A DNA stretch of 32,000 nucleotides from Acinetobacter wanghuae (GCF_009557235.1 NZ_CP045650.1:540001-572000), one strand, 5' to 3'. Positions 8,501 through 18,732 are shown, counted from the first letter of the stretch. Program-made: numbers and translations. Notes: generated from the letters alone by a model not told the origin.

Positions 8501-9142
8501 TTATTTGCTAGCAGTTGATGTTGCAACAACAGCAGGTTTCGGTTGGAAGCGGACATGGCATTTGCCATCAATGCTTTGCTCACCGACTTTAAGTTGCGCG
8601 ACTGCGCCATCTGTTTTACCTTGGCACGCTTGAAGCATCGCTTTTTGCTGTGCTTGGCGTTTTGCTAGACGTTCGTCATATTTCTTGGTGAGTTCAGCAC
8701 GCTGAGCGTCTGTCAAAGGTTCACCACGGTTTACCGCTGTAAATGTGCGACCTTCTTTTGCCATTGGGCGATGTTCGCCTTTGGCACGTGCTTCATCATG
8801 TTTTGCTTTTAATGCTTTTGGGTCAGCTTTAAAATGAATTGCACATGTGCCAGCAAGGGTTTTATCACCCGACTTAATTTCAACGCTTGAACCTACCGCT
8901 TTGTTGTCACACGCTTGGCGAATTTGTTTATTGAGTTCTGCACGTTGTTGACGTGCAGCCGCAAATTTTTCACGTTGTTCAGGTGTTAGGCGATGATCTT
9001 TGTGATGTTGTTTATCAGCATGATGTTTCATCATATGCGCTTGATCAGGGCTTTGAACGTTATTGGTCGATTGACATGCAGTCAAGGCACCGATACTCAA
9101 CACACTTGTACCGACTAAGGCAATTTTTAGCATTGCTTTCAT
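8501..9142 (-). CDS. Periplasmic lipoprotein with a His-rich N-terminus and two LTXXQ-containing repeats (Spy/CpxP/ZraP-like)
   Basis: The start was moved to the ATG at 9142. The lipobox is LTAC (MKAMLKIALVGTSVLSIGALTAC) and the His-rich segment is HMMKHHADKQHHKDH. The repeats are LTPEQREKF...QAC...GTCAIHFKADP and LTDAQRAEL...QAC...GKCHVRFQPKP. Confidence 0.7.
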   Translation of the reverse strand: MKAMLKIALVGTSVLSIGALTACQSTNNVQSPDQAHMMKHHADKQHHKDHRLTPEQREKFAAARQQRAELNKQIRQACDNKAVGSSVEIKSGDKTLAGTCAIHFKADPKALKAKHDEARAKGEHRPMAKEGRTFTAVNRGEPLTDAQRAELTKKYDERLAKRQAQQKAMLQACQGKTDGAVAQLKVGEQSIDGKCHVRFQPKPAVVATSTASK

Positions 9143-9274
9143 TTTTAATATCCTGTGGGTATACATTTTTCGATGAATAAAGAATAAATAATAATGATGT
9201 AGAAACAATGAAGAGTTTTTTGATTCCTTGTTCGCTACAATAAGCTATAGACAAGAAAAATTGAGATCCTGCAT

Positions 9275-10942
9275 TTGAACATTCGCCGCATTCCGATTGC
9301 ATTACGACTCTTTCTGACCGTGCTGTTTACCACGCTTGTGATTACGACAGTCAGCGTTGGTGTTTTGCATTTGAATATGCAACGTAACTTTACCAAGTAT
9401 GTTGCCGATGTTGAAATGCAAAAGCTTGATCATGTAATTGAAAATTTAGCCGAGGTGTATCAGGTTTATGACGATTGGGGCAATGCTATTCAGGCGCAGA
9501 TTCTGCAAATTGAAGGCGAAGCTGCACCAGATGACTATGACCGTTTATCACGTTGGTGGTTACGTCGTCAGTATGATATTGCCTTACAGCAACGTTATTT
9601 TCAGGAACATACTTTAGCAAGCGTTGCACCGGCATTGGTGGAATCAGATCCTGTACAGCGCGAAGTGAATGAAGAAGAATTACGTATTTTAGCGCTCAAT
9701 CTGCCTTCCCAATTTCAGCCCTTTGATGGTTTGAAATTCCCACTCAGTTCAAATCAAAACTTATTTCGAACAGATCGTAATAAGAATGAAAATGGCAATG
9801 TGAACGTCAACGATATGCCTGCTGCCGGGAAAAAACAGTTTATTCAAATGCCAGATCGTTTAGGTCTCAGCTCACGTTTGTCTTTATATGATGTTGAACG
9901 TCGCTTTATTGTCGGTGAGCCAATTAAAGACCAAGTATCGTATCGTCCGATTATGGTGGATCAAAAAATTGTCGGTTATTTGGGTTTAAAACCCGTCATA
10001 GATCAAGATGATGCGCTCAGTATTAATTTCTTTAGTAATCAAAAACGTTATTTGTTTTTGGTGTATAGCTTAAGTTTCTTCTCAAGTTTAATTGCGGCAT
10101 TATTATTGGCGACTTATTTTAAAAAGCCCATTCAACGTTTGTTAAAAGGCACACGTGAACTGACTCAAGGTAATTATCAGTATCAGGTTAAAGTAAACCG
10201 AAATGATGAATTGGGTGATTTGTCCAATGAAGTGAATGCCTTAGCTACCATTTTGGATCAACATGAAACGTCACGTCGTCAATGGGTTGCCGATACATCG
10301 CATGAGCTGAAAACGCCACTTGCGGTCTTACAGGCGCAGATTGAAGCGATGCAAGATGGGATCCGTAAACCAACGCCTGAACATTTTGCTTCAATGCTTG
10401 GTCAAGTGACTAGTCTTAAAAAGCTTACTCAAGATTTAGCAGCGTTAGCACAAGTCGATGCACAGCAATTGCAAATGTATTACACCACGGTCAATCCTTG
10501 GGATATCGTGCAATATGAATTGATGAACTTCCAAGCCAATTTTGCACAAGCTGATTTAACGGTCACTGCATCGGGTGAGGGAACAAGCTTAAGTTTAGAC
10601 TTAGATCGCTTTAAGCAAATTGTGGCGAATTTGCTCAGCAATAGTATTCGTTATACCGAAGCTGGTGGTCAGGTGAATATTCATACTGAACAAGATGAAC
10701 AGTCTTGGACACTGTATGTGGATGACAGTCCATTTGGCTTAACGGATGAACAGCTTGCACGTATTGGTGAGCGCTTCTACCGTGTTGATGATTCACGTAC
10801 CCGTGCCACAGGTGGTACAGGACTTGGTTTGGCATTATCGTGTAAAATTACTGAAAGCTTGGGTGGTCAACTGACATTTGCACATTCACCACTGGGTGGC
10901 TTACGTTGCAAATTGACCTTTCCAAAACAAATGAAAGCATAA
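9275..10942 (+). CDS. baeS: Sensor histidine kinase (two TM helices, large periplasmic domain, HAMP, HisKA, HATPase), BaeS-like
   Basis: The H-box is SHELKTPL and the G-boxes are DDSPFGL and GGTGLGLAL. Only a TTG start (9275) keeps the first TM helix. A BaeR-like regulator gene lies 12 nt downstream. Confidence 0.8.
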   Translation: MNIRRIPIALRLFLTVLFTTLVITTVSVGVLHLNMQRNFTKYVADVEMQKLDHVIENLAEVYQVYDDWGNAIQAQILQIEGEAAPDDYDRLSRWWLRRQYDIALQQRYFQEHTLASVAPALVESDPVQREVNEEELRILALNLPSQFQPFDGLKFPLSSNQNLFRTDRNKNENGNVNVNDMPAAGKKQFIQMPDRLGLSSRLSLYDVERRFIVGEPIKDQVSYRPIMVDQKIVGYLGLKPVIDQDDALSINFFSNQKRYLFLVYSLSFFSSLIAALLLATYFKKPIQRLLKGTRELTQGNYQYQVKVNRNDELGDLSNEVNALATILDQHETSRRQWVADTSHELKTPLAVLQAQIEAMQDGIRKPTPEHFASMLGQVTSLKKLTQDLAALAQVDAQQLQMYYTTVNPWDIVQYELMNFQANFAQADLTVTASGEGTSLSLDLDRFKQIVANLLSNSIRYTEAGGQVNIHTEQDEQSWTLYVDDSPFGLTDEQLARIGERFYRVDDSRTRATGGTGLGLALSCKITESLGGQLTFAHSPLGGLRCKLTFPKQMKA

Positions 10943-10954
10943 GGAAATAGATTC

Positions 10955-11641
10955 ATGAAACATATCATGCTGGTTGAAGATGAAGTTGAACTTGCACAAT
11001 TAGTACGAGATTATTTAGAAGCGGCTGGTTTTGAAGTCAGTATGTTTCATGATGGTCAAGAAGCTTACAATAGCTTTACCCAGCGTAAGCCAAGTCTGAT
11101 GATTTTAGACTTAATGGTGCCGCGTATGGATGGCTTAACCATTTGCCGTAAAGTCCGTGAGCAGTCAGATTTACCCATCATCATGGTCACTGCACGTACT
11201 GAAGAAATCGACCGTGTTTTAGGTCTCAATATGGGCGCAGATGATTATATCTGTAAACCATTTAGCCCGAGAGAATTGGTGGCACGTGTACAAGCGGTGT
11301 TGCGCCGTTTAGATCGAAAAGCTGAACCAGAAAATAATGATTTATTCCGTATGGATAAATCACAGCAACGCATTTGGTATCAACAAAAAGCTTTAAATTT
11401 GACCCCAACTGAATTCCGTTTATTGGAATTGTTCTTAGAACATGTCGGTCAGGTCTATTCACGTGCGCAATTGCTTGATCATATTAACCCTGACAGTTTT
11501 GATGTCGCTGACCGCGTCATTGACAGCCATATTAAAAACTTACGCCGTAAGATTTCTGACGCTGCGGAAACAGGGAATCGTCATGAATGGATTCAAGCAG
11601 TGTATGGCGTAGGATATCGTTTTGAGTATCCTGAAGACTAA
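10955..11641 (+). CDS. baeR: OmpR-family response regulator, BaeR-like
   Basis: It has a receiver domain (DLMVPRMDG) and a winged-helix output domain. The segment VTARTEEIDRVLGLNMGADDYICKPFSPRELVARV closely matches E. coli BaeR as I remember it. Confidence 0.85.
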   Translation: MKHIMLVEDEVELAQLVRDYLEAAGFEVSMFHDGQEAYNSFTQRKPSLMILDLMVPRMDGLTICRKVREQSDLPIIMVTARTEEIDRVLGLNMGADDYICKPFSPRELVARVQAVLRRLDRKAEPENNDLFRMDKSQQRIWYQQKALNLTPTEFRLLELFLEHVGQVYSRAQLLDHINPDSFDVADRVIDSHIKNLRRKISDAAETGNRHEWIQAVYGVGYRFEYPED

Positions 11642-11695
11642 TTGTGTTGCAGTCATAAGTTAAAAAATCTAACTTGATCACTCATTTCAAGCATT

Positions 11696-11725
11696 AAAAA
11701 AAGCATCCGTTATGGATGCTTTTTT
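11696..11725. terminator. Bidirectional Rho-independent terminator
   Basis: aaaaaaagcatccgttatggatgctttttt, lying between convergent genes. Confidence 0.8.
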
Positions 11726-11745
11726 CTGTTTAAGATTTCAACTTT

Positions 11746-13386
11746 TTAACTGAATTCGCATTCAGCACGTTCTTTTGCCCATTCACGCAAAACAAATTTC
11801 TGTAATTTGCCAGTCGACGTTTTTGGAATTTCGGTAATCACAACATCTTTCGGTACTTTAAAGCGCGCAAGATGTTGACGGCAAAATGCAATAATTTCAT
11901 CTTCAGTCGCGTGTTGTCCTGCTTTTAACTCAATAAAAGCACAAGGAACTTCTTGCCAACGAGGATCAGGTTTTGCCACCACCGCAGCCGTTAAAATAGC
12001 AGGGTGTTGATACAGCACTTCTTCCACTTCAAGCGATGAAATATTTTCACCACCAGAAATAATCACATCTTTAGAGCGATCGGTAATTTTGGCATAACCA
12101 TCAGGTTGGCAAACCGCCAAGTCACCGGTGTGGAACCATCCACCCGCAAAGGCCTCAGCAGTCGCTTCAGGGTTTTTAAGATAACCTTTCATGACAATAT
12201 TGCCACGGAACATAATCTCGCCCATGGTTTGACCATCGTGTGGAACTTCTTGCATGCTGTCTGGGTCAAGCACTTTCATGCCATCTTGTAGTGGATAAGG
12301 GACACCTTGACGCGAATGCAGTTGCGCTTGTTCCTGAATAGACAAATCAGACCAGCCTGCTTGCGAAGCACAGAGAGCAGATGGACCATAGGTTTCTGTC
12401 AATCCATACACATGGGTCACATTAATACCGGTATTACGCATGCCTTCAATAATTGCAGCAGGAGGTGCAGCACCCGCCACCATTACTTCGACAGGATGAT
12501 CAAACTGGGCTTTTTTATCTTGAGGGAGATTGATCAGCATAGACAAGACAATCGGTGCACCGCAGAAATAATCCACTTTATGCTCTGCAATTAAAGCAAA
12601 GATCAGTTCAGGGTCAACTTTTCTTAAGCAAACGTTCGTGCCGCCATTGGCTGCCATCGTCCACGCAAAACACCACCCATTGCAATGGAATAGCGGTAAT
12701 GTCCATAAGTAAGTCGCACGCGGACGCATACCACAAGCAATGATATTACTAGCAGCGTTAATATAAGCACCACGATGATGATAAACCACGCCTTTTGGAC
12801 TGCCTGTTGTGCCTGAGGTGTAACTTAAGCTAATGGCATCCCATTCATCTTGTGGGAGTTGCCAGTCAAAAGAGCCATCGCCACCTTGTAACCAAGCTTC
12901 ATATTCGACTTGACCAATGGTGTTGCTCACGCCATCAAATTCGGCATCTGCAACATCAATCACATAAATTTCTTGATCAATCAATGCAAGCGCTTCTTTG
13001 GCTAAATCGGCAAATTCAGGATCGACCAATAGGACTTTACTTTCAGCATGCTCGAGCATAAATGCAATGGTTTTTGCATCAAGGCGTGTGTTTAACGTGT
13101 TTAGCACGGCACCCGCCATAGGGATGGCAAAGTGTGCTTCGATCATGGCCGGAATATTAGGCAAAAGGACAGAAACCGTATCGTTTTTGCGAATGCCTAA
13201 GTTTTGTAATTGAGAGGCAAATTGGCGGCAACGCTGATAGGTCTCACGCCACGTGATTTTACGCTGACCGTGAATAATGGCAGCTTGGTCAGGGTAAATA
13301 TAAGCCGCACGTTCTAAATAGCGTAAAGGTGAAAGCGCAACAAAATTCGCCGGTGTCCGTGGCAATTCATCATAAGGGCTAACCAT
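11746..13386 (-). CDS. AMP-forming acyl-CoA synthetase (ANL superfamily)
   Basis: The start was moved to the ATG at 13386 (gacgaggatgctATG). The AMP-binding motif is YTSGTTGSPKG, with later GWFHTGD and K near the C-terminus (STGKLQKF). Confidence 0.9.
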   Translation of the reverse strand: MVSPYDELPRTPANFVALSPLRYLERAAYIYPDQAAIIHGQRKITWRETYQRCRQFASQLQNLGIRKNDTVSVLLPNIPAMIEAHFAIPMAGAVLNTLNTRLDAKTIAFMLEHAESKVLLVDPEFADLAKEALALIDQEIYVIDVADAEFDGVSNTIGQVEYEAWLQGGDGSFDWQLPQDEWDAISLSYTSGTTGSPKGVVYHHRGAYINAASNIIACGMRPRATYLWTLPLFHCNGWCFAWTMAANGGTNVCLRKVDPELIFALIAEHKVDYFCGAPIVLSMLINLPQDKKAQFDHPVEVMVAGAAPPAAIIEGMRNTGINVTHVYGLTETYGPSALCASQAGWSDLSIQEQAQLHSRQGVPYPLQDGMKVLDPDSMQEVPHDGQTMGEIMFRGNIVMKGYLKNPEATAEAFAGGWFHTGDLAVCQPDGYAKITDRSKDVIISGGENISSLEVEEVLYQHPAILTAAVVAKPDPRWQEVPCAFIELKAGQHATEDEIIAFCRQHLARFKVPKDVVITEIPKTSTGKLQKFVLREWAKERAECEFS

Positions 13387-13624
13387 AGCATCCTCGTCTT
13401 TATTTGTTATAAATTGAATAAGAAATAGCAGATCTGTGAAAAACTGCATTTATCCTTTGGTCGAGTACATTCTTTGTAGTAATCACCAAGTATTTAAAAT
13501 TATTCATATTTTTATTTGTATGCTCAATAAAACTGAACCCTTGGGTTTTACATCTATATTTGTCATCTCCTGCCAATGAAAATTTGTAAATAGGCAGTCT
13601 TAGATAAAAGCTGCCTGACTCAAT

Positions 13625-15244
13625 TTATTCAACCCCACCGTGTTGAATGCCTGTGAGTTCACTCATCTCACGTTTCCACGTGGTCAAATCATTAATACTG
13701 AATTTACTCAAATGATCATGCCCGCATGCACGCGCCATGACTTGCATGAGTTCAACCGAAGCATTGAAGAAATTGGCAAGTTGTTGTGCTGATTTTTCAA
13801 TTTCTAAACGTCGGCGTAAATGATCTTGCTGTGTAGCAACCCCAACAGGGCAGTCATTGGTTTGGCAAGCACGCATGCCTAAGCAACCAATCGCTTGCAT
13901 GGCTGAATTGGACACGGCAATCGCATCTGCACCTAATGCCAATGCTTTAATAAAGTCAGCAGGCACGCGTAAACCACCGGTAATCACAAGACTTACGTCA
14001 CGCCGTCCGAGACGATCTAAATGGCGACGTGCACGCGCTAAAGCAGGAATCGTAGGTACAGAGATATTGTCACGGAACAAGGTCGGTGCAGCACCTGTAC
14101 CGCCACCACGACCATCTAAAATAATGTAGTCGACTCCAATGGCAAGCGCGGCATCAATATCTTTTTCGATATGTTGCGCGGAAAGCTTAAAACCAATGGG
14201 GATGCCGCCTGTTTGTTCACGGATATAATTTGCAAATTCTTTGTACTGCGACAGTTCCGTCCAATCAGGGAATGTGGCAGGGGAAATGGCTGCTTCACCT
14301 TCAGGCAAGTTACGCACTTCAGCAATTTTCCCCACCACTTTATGCCCGGGTAAATGTCCACCTGTACCGGTTTTGGCAGCTTGTCCCCCTTTGAAATGAA
14401 ATGCTTGGCATTTTTTGACTTTCTCGATATCAAAACCGAAACGACCTGAAGCGAGTTCATAGAAGTAACGTGAGTTGGAGGCTTGTTCATCATCTAACAT
14501 GCCACCTTCACCTGAACAAATGCCTGTGCCCACCATTTCAGCACCCATAGCAAGAGCAGTTTTCGCTTCTTGTGACAATGCACCAAAACTCATATCTGAA
14601 ACAAATAGGGGAATATCGAGTACTAATGGTTTTTTGGCATTTGGTCCAATCACCACTTTGGTTGCTACAGCAGCATCATCAAGTAGCGGTACTTTCCAGA
14701 GCTGTGCTGTGACCAGTTGGATATCTTCCCATTTTGGTAGTTTGTCGAAAGGCACGCCCATTGCCGCAGTTGGACCATGGTGACCGACATTTTTCAATCC
14801 ATGACGTGCTAAATCTAAAATGAAACGATTATGCGGTTCTTCAGGCGCGGGCTGCGAGTCAGCATATAAACCTTGGTAGCGTTCGCGGTTATATTGCTGC
14901 GGATTACGTTGTTCCCATGCGGTAATTTCTTCGACATCGACCATGACTTGGTCATGCTCAATCCACGCTTTAAACTTTTGTAAGTTTTTATTCAGATAAC
15001 GGGGGTTAATGCCAGTTTTATAAATGTAATGCGAGCCATGTAAACCGCAGACAATTTTATCGCCTTGAATATGCGCATCTGACATCAATGCACCACGGTG
15101 CTGACAGCGACCATACATCACGATGACTTGTTCGGGGTCGTCATCGGGTAGGCGAAGGACAATCAGGTCAACATTGGCTGCTAAGGCGTAAGTCGGTTTT
15201 AAAGGTTCAAGAGATGAGAAAGAAAGAAGGGCTTGTGTTGTCAT
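13625..15244 (-). CDS. Fusion protein: N-terminal Rieske [2Fe-2S] domain plus FMN-binding glutamate-synthase (GltB domain 2)-like domain
   Basis: The Rieske motif CQH-x16-CGLH is encoded around 15038-15106. The C-terminal ~430 aa carries GltS-FMN-like segments (KTGTGGHLPG, ILDGRGGGTGAAP, ITGGLR). Confidence 0.85.
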   Translation of the reverse strand: MTTQALLSFSSLEPLKPTYALAANVDLIVLRLPDDDPEQVIVMYGRCQHRGALMSDAHIQGDKIVCGLHGSHYIYKTGINPRYLNKNLQKFKAWIEHDQVMVDVEEITAWEQRNPQQYNRERYQGLYADSQPAPEEPHNRFILDLARHGLKNVGHHGPTAAMGVPFDKLPKWEDIQLVTAQLWKVPLLDDAAVATKVVIGPNAKKPLVLDIPLFVSDMSFGALSQEAKTALAMGAEMVGTGICSGEGGMLDDEQASNSRYFYELASGRFGFDIEKVKKCQAFHFKGGQAAKTGTGGHLPGHKVVGKIAEVRNLPEGEAAISPATFPDWTELSQYKEFANYIREQTGGIPIGFKLSAQHIEKDIDAALAIGVDYIILDGRGGGTGAAPTLFRDNISVPTIPALARARRHLDRLGRRDVSLVITGGLRVPADFIKALALGADAIAVSNSAMQAIGCLGMRACQTNDCPVGVATQQDHLRRRLEIEKSAQQLANFFNASVELMQVMARACGHDHLSKFSINDLTTWKREMSELTGIQHGGVE

Positions 15245-15297
15245 AATGCCTGCCTGTCATCATGTGGGTGGGCGAAAATTAATGGACATTTTTTTAT

Positions 15298-15325
15298 TTG
15301 TATAAAGCGTATTCATCAACATAAT
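15298..15325 (+). promoter_or_regulatory. Candidate sigma70 promoter for thrS (TTGTAT-N16-CATAAT)
   Basis: Hexamer match only. It would imply a ~220-nt leader, and there is no experimental support. Confidence 0.3.
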
Positions 15326-15552
15326 ATGAAATGCAGGGATTTTCTGCCGAAAAATGTAACGGCTTATATTTTCAGCGAATTGCGCTATAGATGAAGGAAA
15401 TAGGATTAACGGTTTATTAAAAGGCTTAAGACGTGTAAAATTCGTATCGATTTTATTTATCCGCCGTTTTTATATTTTTGAGGCTGTGCCTCGATCATAA
15501 TCTCGCGGTGACATGCTCTATTGTACGGGGCATCACTCCTTAAGGATTTCTT

Positions 15553-17475
15553 ATGCCAATTATCACTTTGCCAAATGGCGATCAAAAACAATTTGATCAA
15601 GCCGTATCTGTGATGGACGTTGCGCTTAGCATCGGTCCTGGTCTTGCAAAAAATACAGTTGCAGGTCGTGTTAACGGTCAACTCGTTGATGCATCTGACT
15701 TAATCACTGAAGACGCAACCCTACAAATTATCACGCCTAAAGATGAAGATGGTGTACATATCATCCGTCACTCGTGCGCGCACCTTGTAGGTCACGCGGT
15801 GAAGCAATTGTTCCCTGAAGCAAAAATGGTAATTGGTCCTGTCATTGAAGATGGTTTCTATTACGATATCTTCAGTGAAAAGCCATTCACACCTGAAGAT
15901 ATGGCTGCGATTGAAGCGCGCATGAAAAAGCTTATCGATCAAGACTACGATGTCATCAAAAAAATGACACCGCGTGATGAAGTGATTGCTGAGTTCACGA
16001 AACGTGGCGAAGACTATAAATTACGCTTGATCGCAGACATGCCTGAAGAAACAGAAATGGGCTTGTACTACCATCAAGACTATTTGGATATGTGCCGTGG
16101 TCCGCACGTACCCAACACAAAATTCTTAAAAGCATTCAAACTGACTAAAATGTCAGGCGCTTACTGGCGTGGTGATGCAAAAAATGAACAATTACAACGT
16201 ATTTACGGTACAGCGTGGGCAGACAAGAAACAGCTTGCAGCGTATGTAAAACGTATTGAAGAAGCTGAAAAACGCGATCACCGTAAAATTGGTAAAGCGT
16301 TAGACTTGTTCCACATGCAAGAAGAAGCACCGGGGATGGTGTTCTGGCATCCGAACGGTTGGACAATTTACCAAGTATTAGAACAATACATGCGTAAAGT
16401 TCAGCAAGCGAATGGCTACGAAGAAATCCGTACGCCGCAAGTGGTTGATTTCTCGCTTTGGGAAAAATCAGGACATGCTGCAAACTATGCAGATAACATG
16501 TTCACCACGCATTCTGAAAACCGTAACTATGCCGTTAAACCAATGAACTGTCCTTGTCACGTACAAGTGTTCAACCAAGGTTTAAAATCGTACCGCGATC
16601 TTCCTGTACGTCTGGCAGAGTTTGGTTCATGTCACCGTAACGAACCATCAGGTTCTTTACACGGTATTATGCGTGTGCGTGGCTTTACCCAAGATGATGC
16701 GCATATTTTCTGTACCAAAGAACAAATTGGTTCTGAAGTTGCAGACTTTATCAAATTGACACTAGACGTATACAAAGACTTTGGCTTCGAAGAAGTACAA
16801 ATGAAATTGTCGACTCGCCCTGAAAAACGTGTGGGTGATGACAAACTTTGGGACATGGCAGAAAAATCTTTAGCGGATGCTTTAGATGCTGCAGGTCTTG
16901 AATGGGAACTTCAACCGGGTGAGGGCGCATTCTACGGTCCTAAGATTGAATTCTCATTGAAAGATTGCTTAGGTCGTGTATGGCAATGCGGTACAATTCA
17001 GTGTGATTTTAACTTGCCTGAACGCCTAGATGCCTCATATGTAACCGAAGATAACGATCGTGATCAACCCGTTATGTTACATCGTGCAATTCTTGGTAGT
17101 TTCGAGCGATTTATTGGTATACTAATCGAACACTACGCTGGTTTCATGCCACCTTGGCTTGCACCAACACAAGCGTGTGTAATGAATATTACAGATTCAC
17201 AAGCAGAAGCGTGTGAGTCAGTCGTCGCAAAACTTAAAGAAAGCGGTATTCGTGCAATTTCTGACTTGAGAAATGAGAAAATCGGCTTTAAGATTCGTGA
17301 ACGTACATTAGAGCGTATTCCTTACTTATTGGTACTTGGGGACCGCGAAGTAGAGGAAGGTACTGTCAACGTACGTACCCGCTCTGGCAAAAATTTGGGT
17401 ACTATGTCAATCGATGCTTTCGTTGACTTAGTAAAAGCAGCCGTAGCCGAACGCGGCCGGTACATTGTGGAGTAA
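15553..17475 (+). CDS. thrS: Threonine--tRNA ligase
   Basis: The protein resembles E. coli ThrRS along its full length (MPIITLPNG..., [23 protein letters not shown]). SD aagga precedes the ATG. Confidence 0.97.
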   Translation: MPIITLPNGDQKQFDQAVSVMDVALSIGPGLAKNTVAGRVNGQLVDASDLITEDATLQIITPKDEDGVHIIRHSCAHLVGHAVKQLFPEAKMVIGPVIEDGFYYDIFSEKPFTPEDMAAIEARMKKLIDQDYDVIKKMTPRDEVIAEFTKRGEDYKLRLIADMPEETEMGLYYHQDYLDMCRGPHVPNTKFLKAFKLTKMSGAYWRGDAKNEQLQRIYGTAWADKKQLAAYVKRIEEAEKRDHRKIGKALDLFHMQEEAPGMVFWHPNGWTIYQVLEQYMRKVQQANGYEEIRTPQVVDFSLWEKSGHAANYADNMFTTHSENRNYAVKPMNCPCHVQVFNQGLKSYRDLPVRLAEFGSCHRNEPSGSLHGIMRVRGFTQDDAHIFCTKEQIGSEVADFIKLTLDVYKDFGFEEVQMKLSTRPEKRVGDDKLWDMAEKSLADALDAAGLEWELQPGEGAFYGPKIEFSLKDCLGRVWQCGTIQCDFNLPERLDASYVTEDNDRDQPVMLHRAILGSFERFIGILIEHYAGFMPPWLAPTQACVMNITDSQAEACESVVAKLKESGIRAISDLRNEKIGFKIRERTLERIPYLLVLGDREVEEGTVNVRTRSGKNLGTMSIDAFVDLVKAAVAERGRYIVE

Positions 17476-17480
17476 CAGCG

Positions 17481-18032
17481 ATTAAACAGCCTGACCGTAA
17501 TCAACAGGGCGGTAACAAATCAAACCGTCCTGCCTTGAATGATGAAATTCGTGCGAAAGAAGTCCGTCTTGTAGACGAAAATGGTGAGCAAAAAGGTATT
17601 GTAGCTCTTGCAGATGCATTACGCGCTGCAGAAAGCGTTGAGCTTGATCTTGTAGAGATCGTTGCTAATGCTGAGCCACCTGTGTGTAAAATCATGGACT
17701 TCAATAAGCATTTGTTTGATCTTAAGCAAAAGCAGAAAGAAGCGAAGAAAAAACAACATCAAGTACAGGTGAAAGAAATCAAGCTACGCCCTGGTACTGA
17801 TGTTGGTGATTACAACGTAAAACTACGTTCAATTGTCAAGTTCCTTGAAGAAGGCAACAAAGTCAAAATCACCCTTCGTTTCCGTGGTCGTGAGATGGCT
17901 CACCAACAACTGGGTCTTGCTCAATTGCAAAAAATTGAAGCTGACGTAGTTGAATTTGGTGTTGTTGAACAAACACCAAAAATGGAAGGTCGTCAAATGG
18001 GTATGCTACTTGGACCTAAACGTAAAAAGTAA
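17481..18032 (+). CDS. infC: Translation initiation factor IF-3, with ATT start codon
   Basis: The frame is open upstream of the track's TTG at 17535. ATT at 17481 gives (M)[29 protein letters not shown], matching the length and pattern of the IF3 N-terminus. GGAG lies 9 nt upstream, inside the end of thrS. Confidence 0.92.
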   Translation: MKQPDRNQQGGNKSNRPALNDEIRAKEVRLVDENGEQKGIVALADALRAAESVELDLVEIVANAEPPVCKIMDFNKHLFDLKQKQKEAKKKQHQVQVKEIKLRPGTDVGDYNVKLRSIVKFLEEGNKVKITLRFRGREMAHQQLGLAQLQKIEADVVEFGVVEQTPKMEGRQMGMLLGPKRKK

Positions 18033-18045
18033 GCATCCATTGATC

Positions 18046-18076
18046 AAAAAAGCCCTGCAATTGCAGGGCTTTTTTT
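18046..18076. terminator. Strong Rho-independent terminator directly after infC
   Basis: aaaaaagccctgcaattgcagggctttttt. Confidence 0.85.
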
Positions 18077-18111
18077 AGCGCTAAACATTAAGTGATAACG
18101 ATGTTTAGATG

Positions 18112-18139
18112 AAAAAAGAAAGACCCGAATGGGTCTTTC
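18112..18139 (-). terminator. Terminator of the small heat-shock gene
   Basis: gaaagacccgaatgggtctttc, with a U-run on the minus strand (plus-strand A-run 18112-18117). Confidence 0.75.
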
Positions 18140-18154
18140 TTTTACTTTTAAGGC

Positions 18155-18625
18155 TTATTCTGCATTGATGGTTTTTTCAGACGTTTGCTGATTTTCCAAC
18201 ATGGCTTTTTGACCAATTGGAATCTGACGCGGCAATTTTTCTTCTGGCACGATACGTTGCAATTCAATGGTCAATAAACCATTTTCATAATTTGCATGCT
18301 GCACTTCAATATGTTCATCTAAACGTAAAGACAGCTTAAATGAACGACGTGCAATGCCTTTATGCAAATATTCAACTGTTTCTTCACTAATAGATTCAGG
18401 TTTACCTTCAATTGTGAGCAGCTGGTTTTCTAAATGAATCAATAATTCATTTTGCAAGAAACCTGCGGTTGCAACAACAATACGATAGCTATTCTCAGCT
18501 GTCTTTTCGATGTTATACGGTGGATAATTGGGTGCGTCGCTTTGCATTGCATAATCAATAAAATCATTTAAGCGATCGAAACCGATACTACGACGGAATA
18601 ATGGATGAAGATTTAAGTTACTCAT
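18155..18625 (-). CDS. ibpA: Small heat-shock protein, IbpA/IbpB (Hsp20) family
   Basis: SIGFDRL..., YPPYNIEK..., YRIVVATAGF and GLLTIEL..IVPEE parallel E. coli IbpA. SD is gagagag. Confidence 0.9.
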   Translation of the reverse strand: MSNLNLHPLFRRSIGFDRLNDFIDYAMQSDAPNYPPYNIEKTAENSYRIVVATAGFLQNELLIHLENQLLTIEGKPESISEETVEYLHKGIARRSFKLSLRLDEHIEVQHANYENGLLTIELQRIVPEEKLPRQIPIGQKAMLENQQTSEKTINAE

Positions 18626-18732
18626 GATTAGAACTCTCTCAAATTAAGCAAAGTTATAAAAACAAGAAAATCAGATCTGTCATGTTAAACATCGACAGTG
18701 TATAAGATTGTGTCAATCCTTATGCAAAATAG

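Noticed and set aside
14116-14493. 125-aa minus-strand ORF in another frame, and 90- and 102-aa plus-strand ORFs, inside the Rieske-GltS gene
   Set aside because: They are embedded in a long ORF with clear domain motifs, so they are out-of-frame or antisense artefacts.
15245-15552. The 308-nt thrS leader as a ThrRS operator (tRNA-Thr anticodon-arm mimic), and a 22-codon ORF at 15326
   Set aside because: I found only short or imperfect stems (for example gaggctgtgcctc at 15480-15492) and no clear anticodon-like loop. The small ORF lacks an SD. The sequence alone cannot support either call.
17535-17537. TTG at 17535 as the infC start
   Set aside because: It would truncate the conserved IF3 N-terminus. 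The upstream ATT at 17481 with a GGAG fits the known AUU-start biology.
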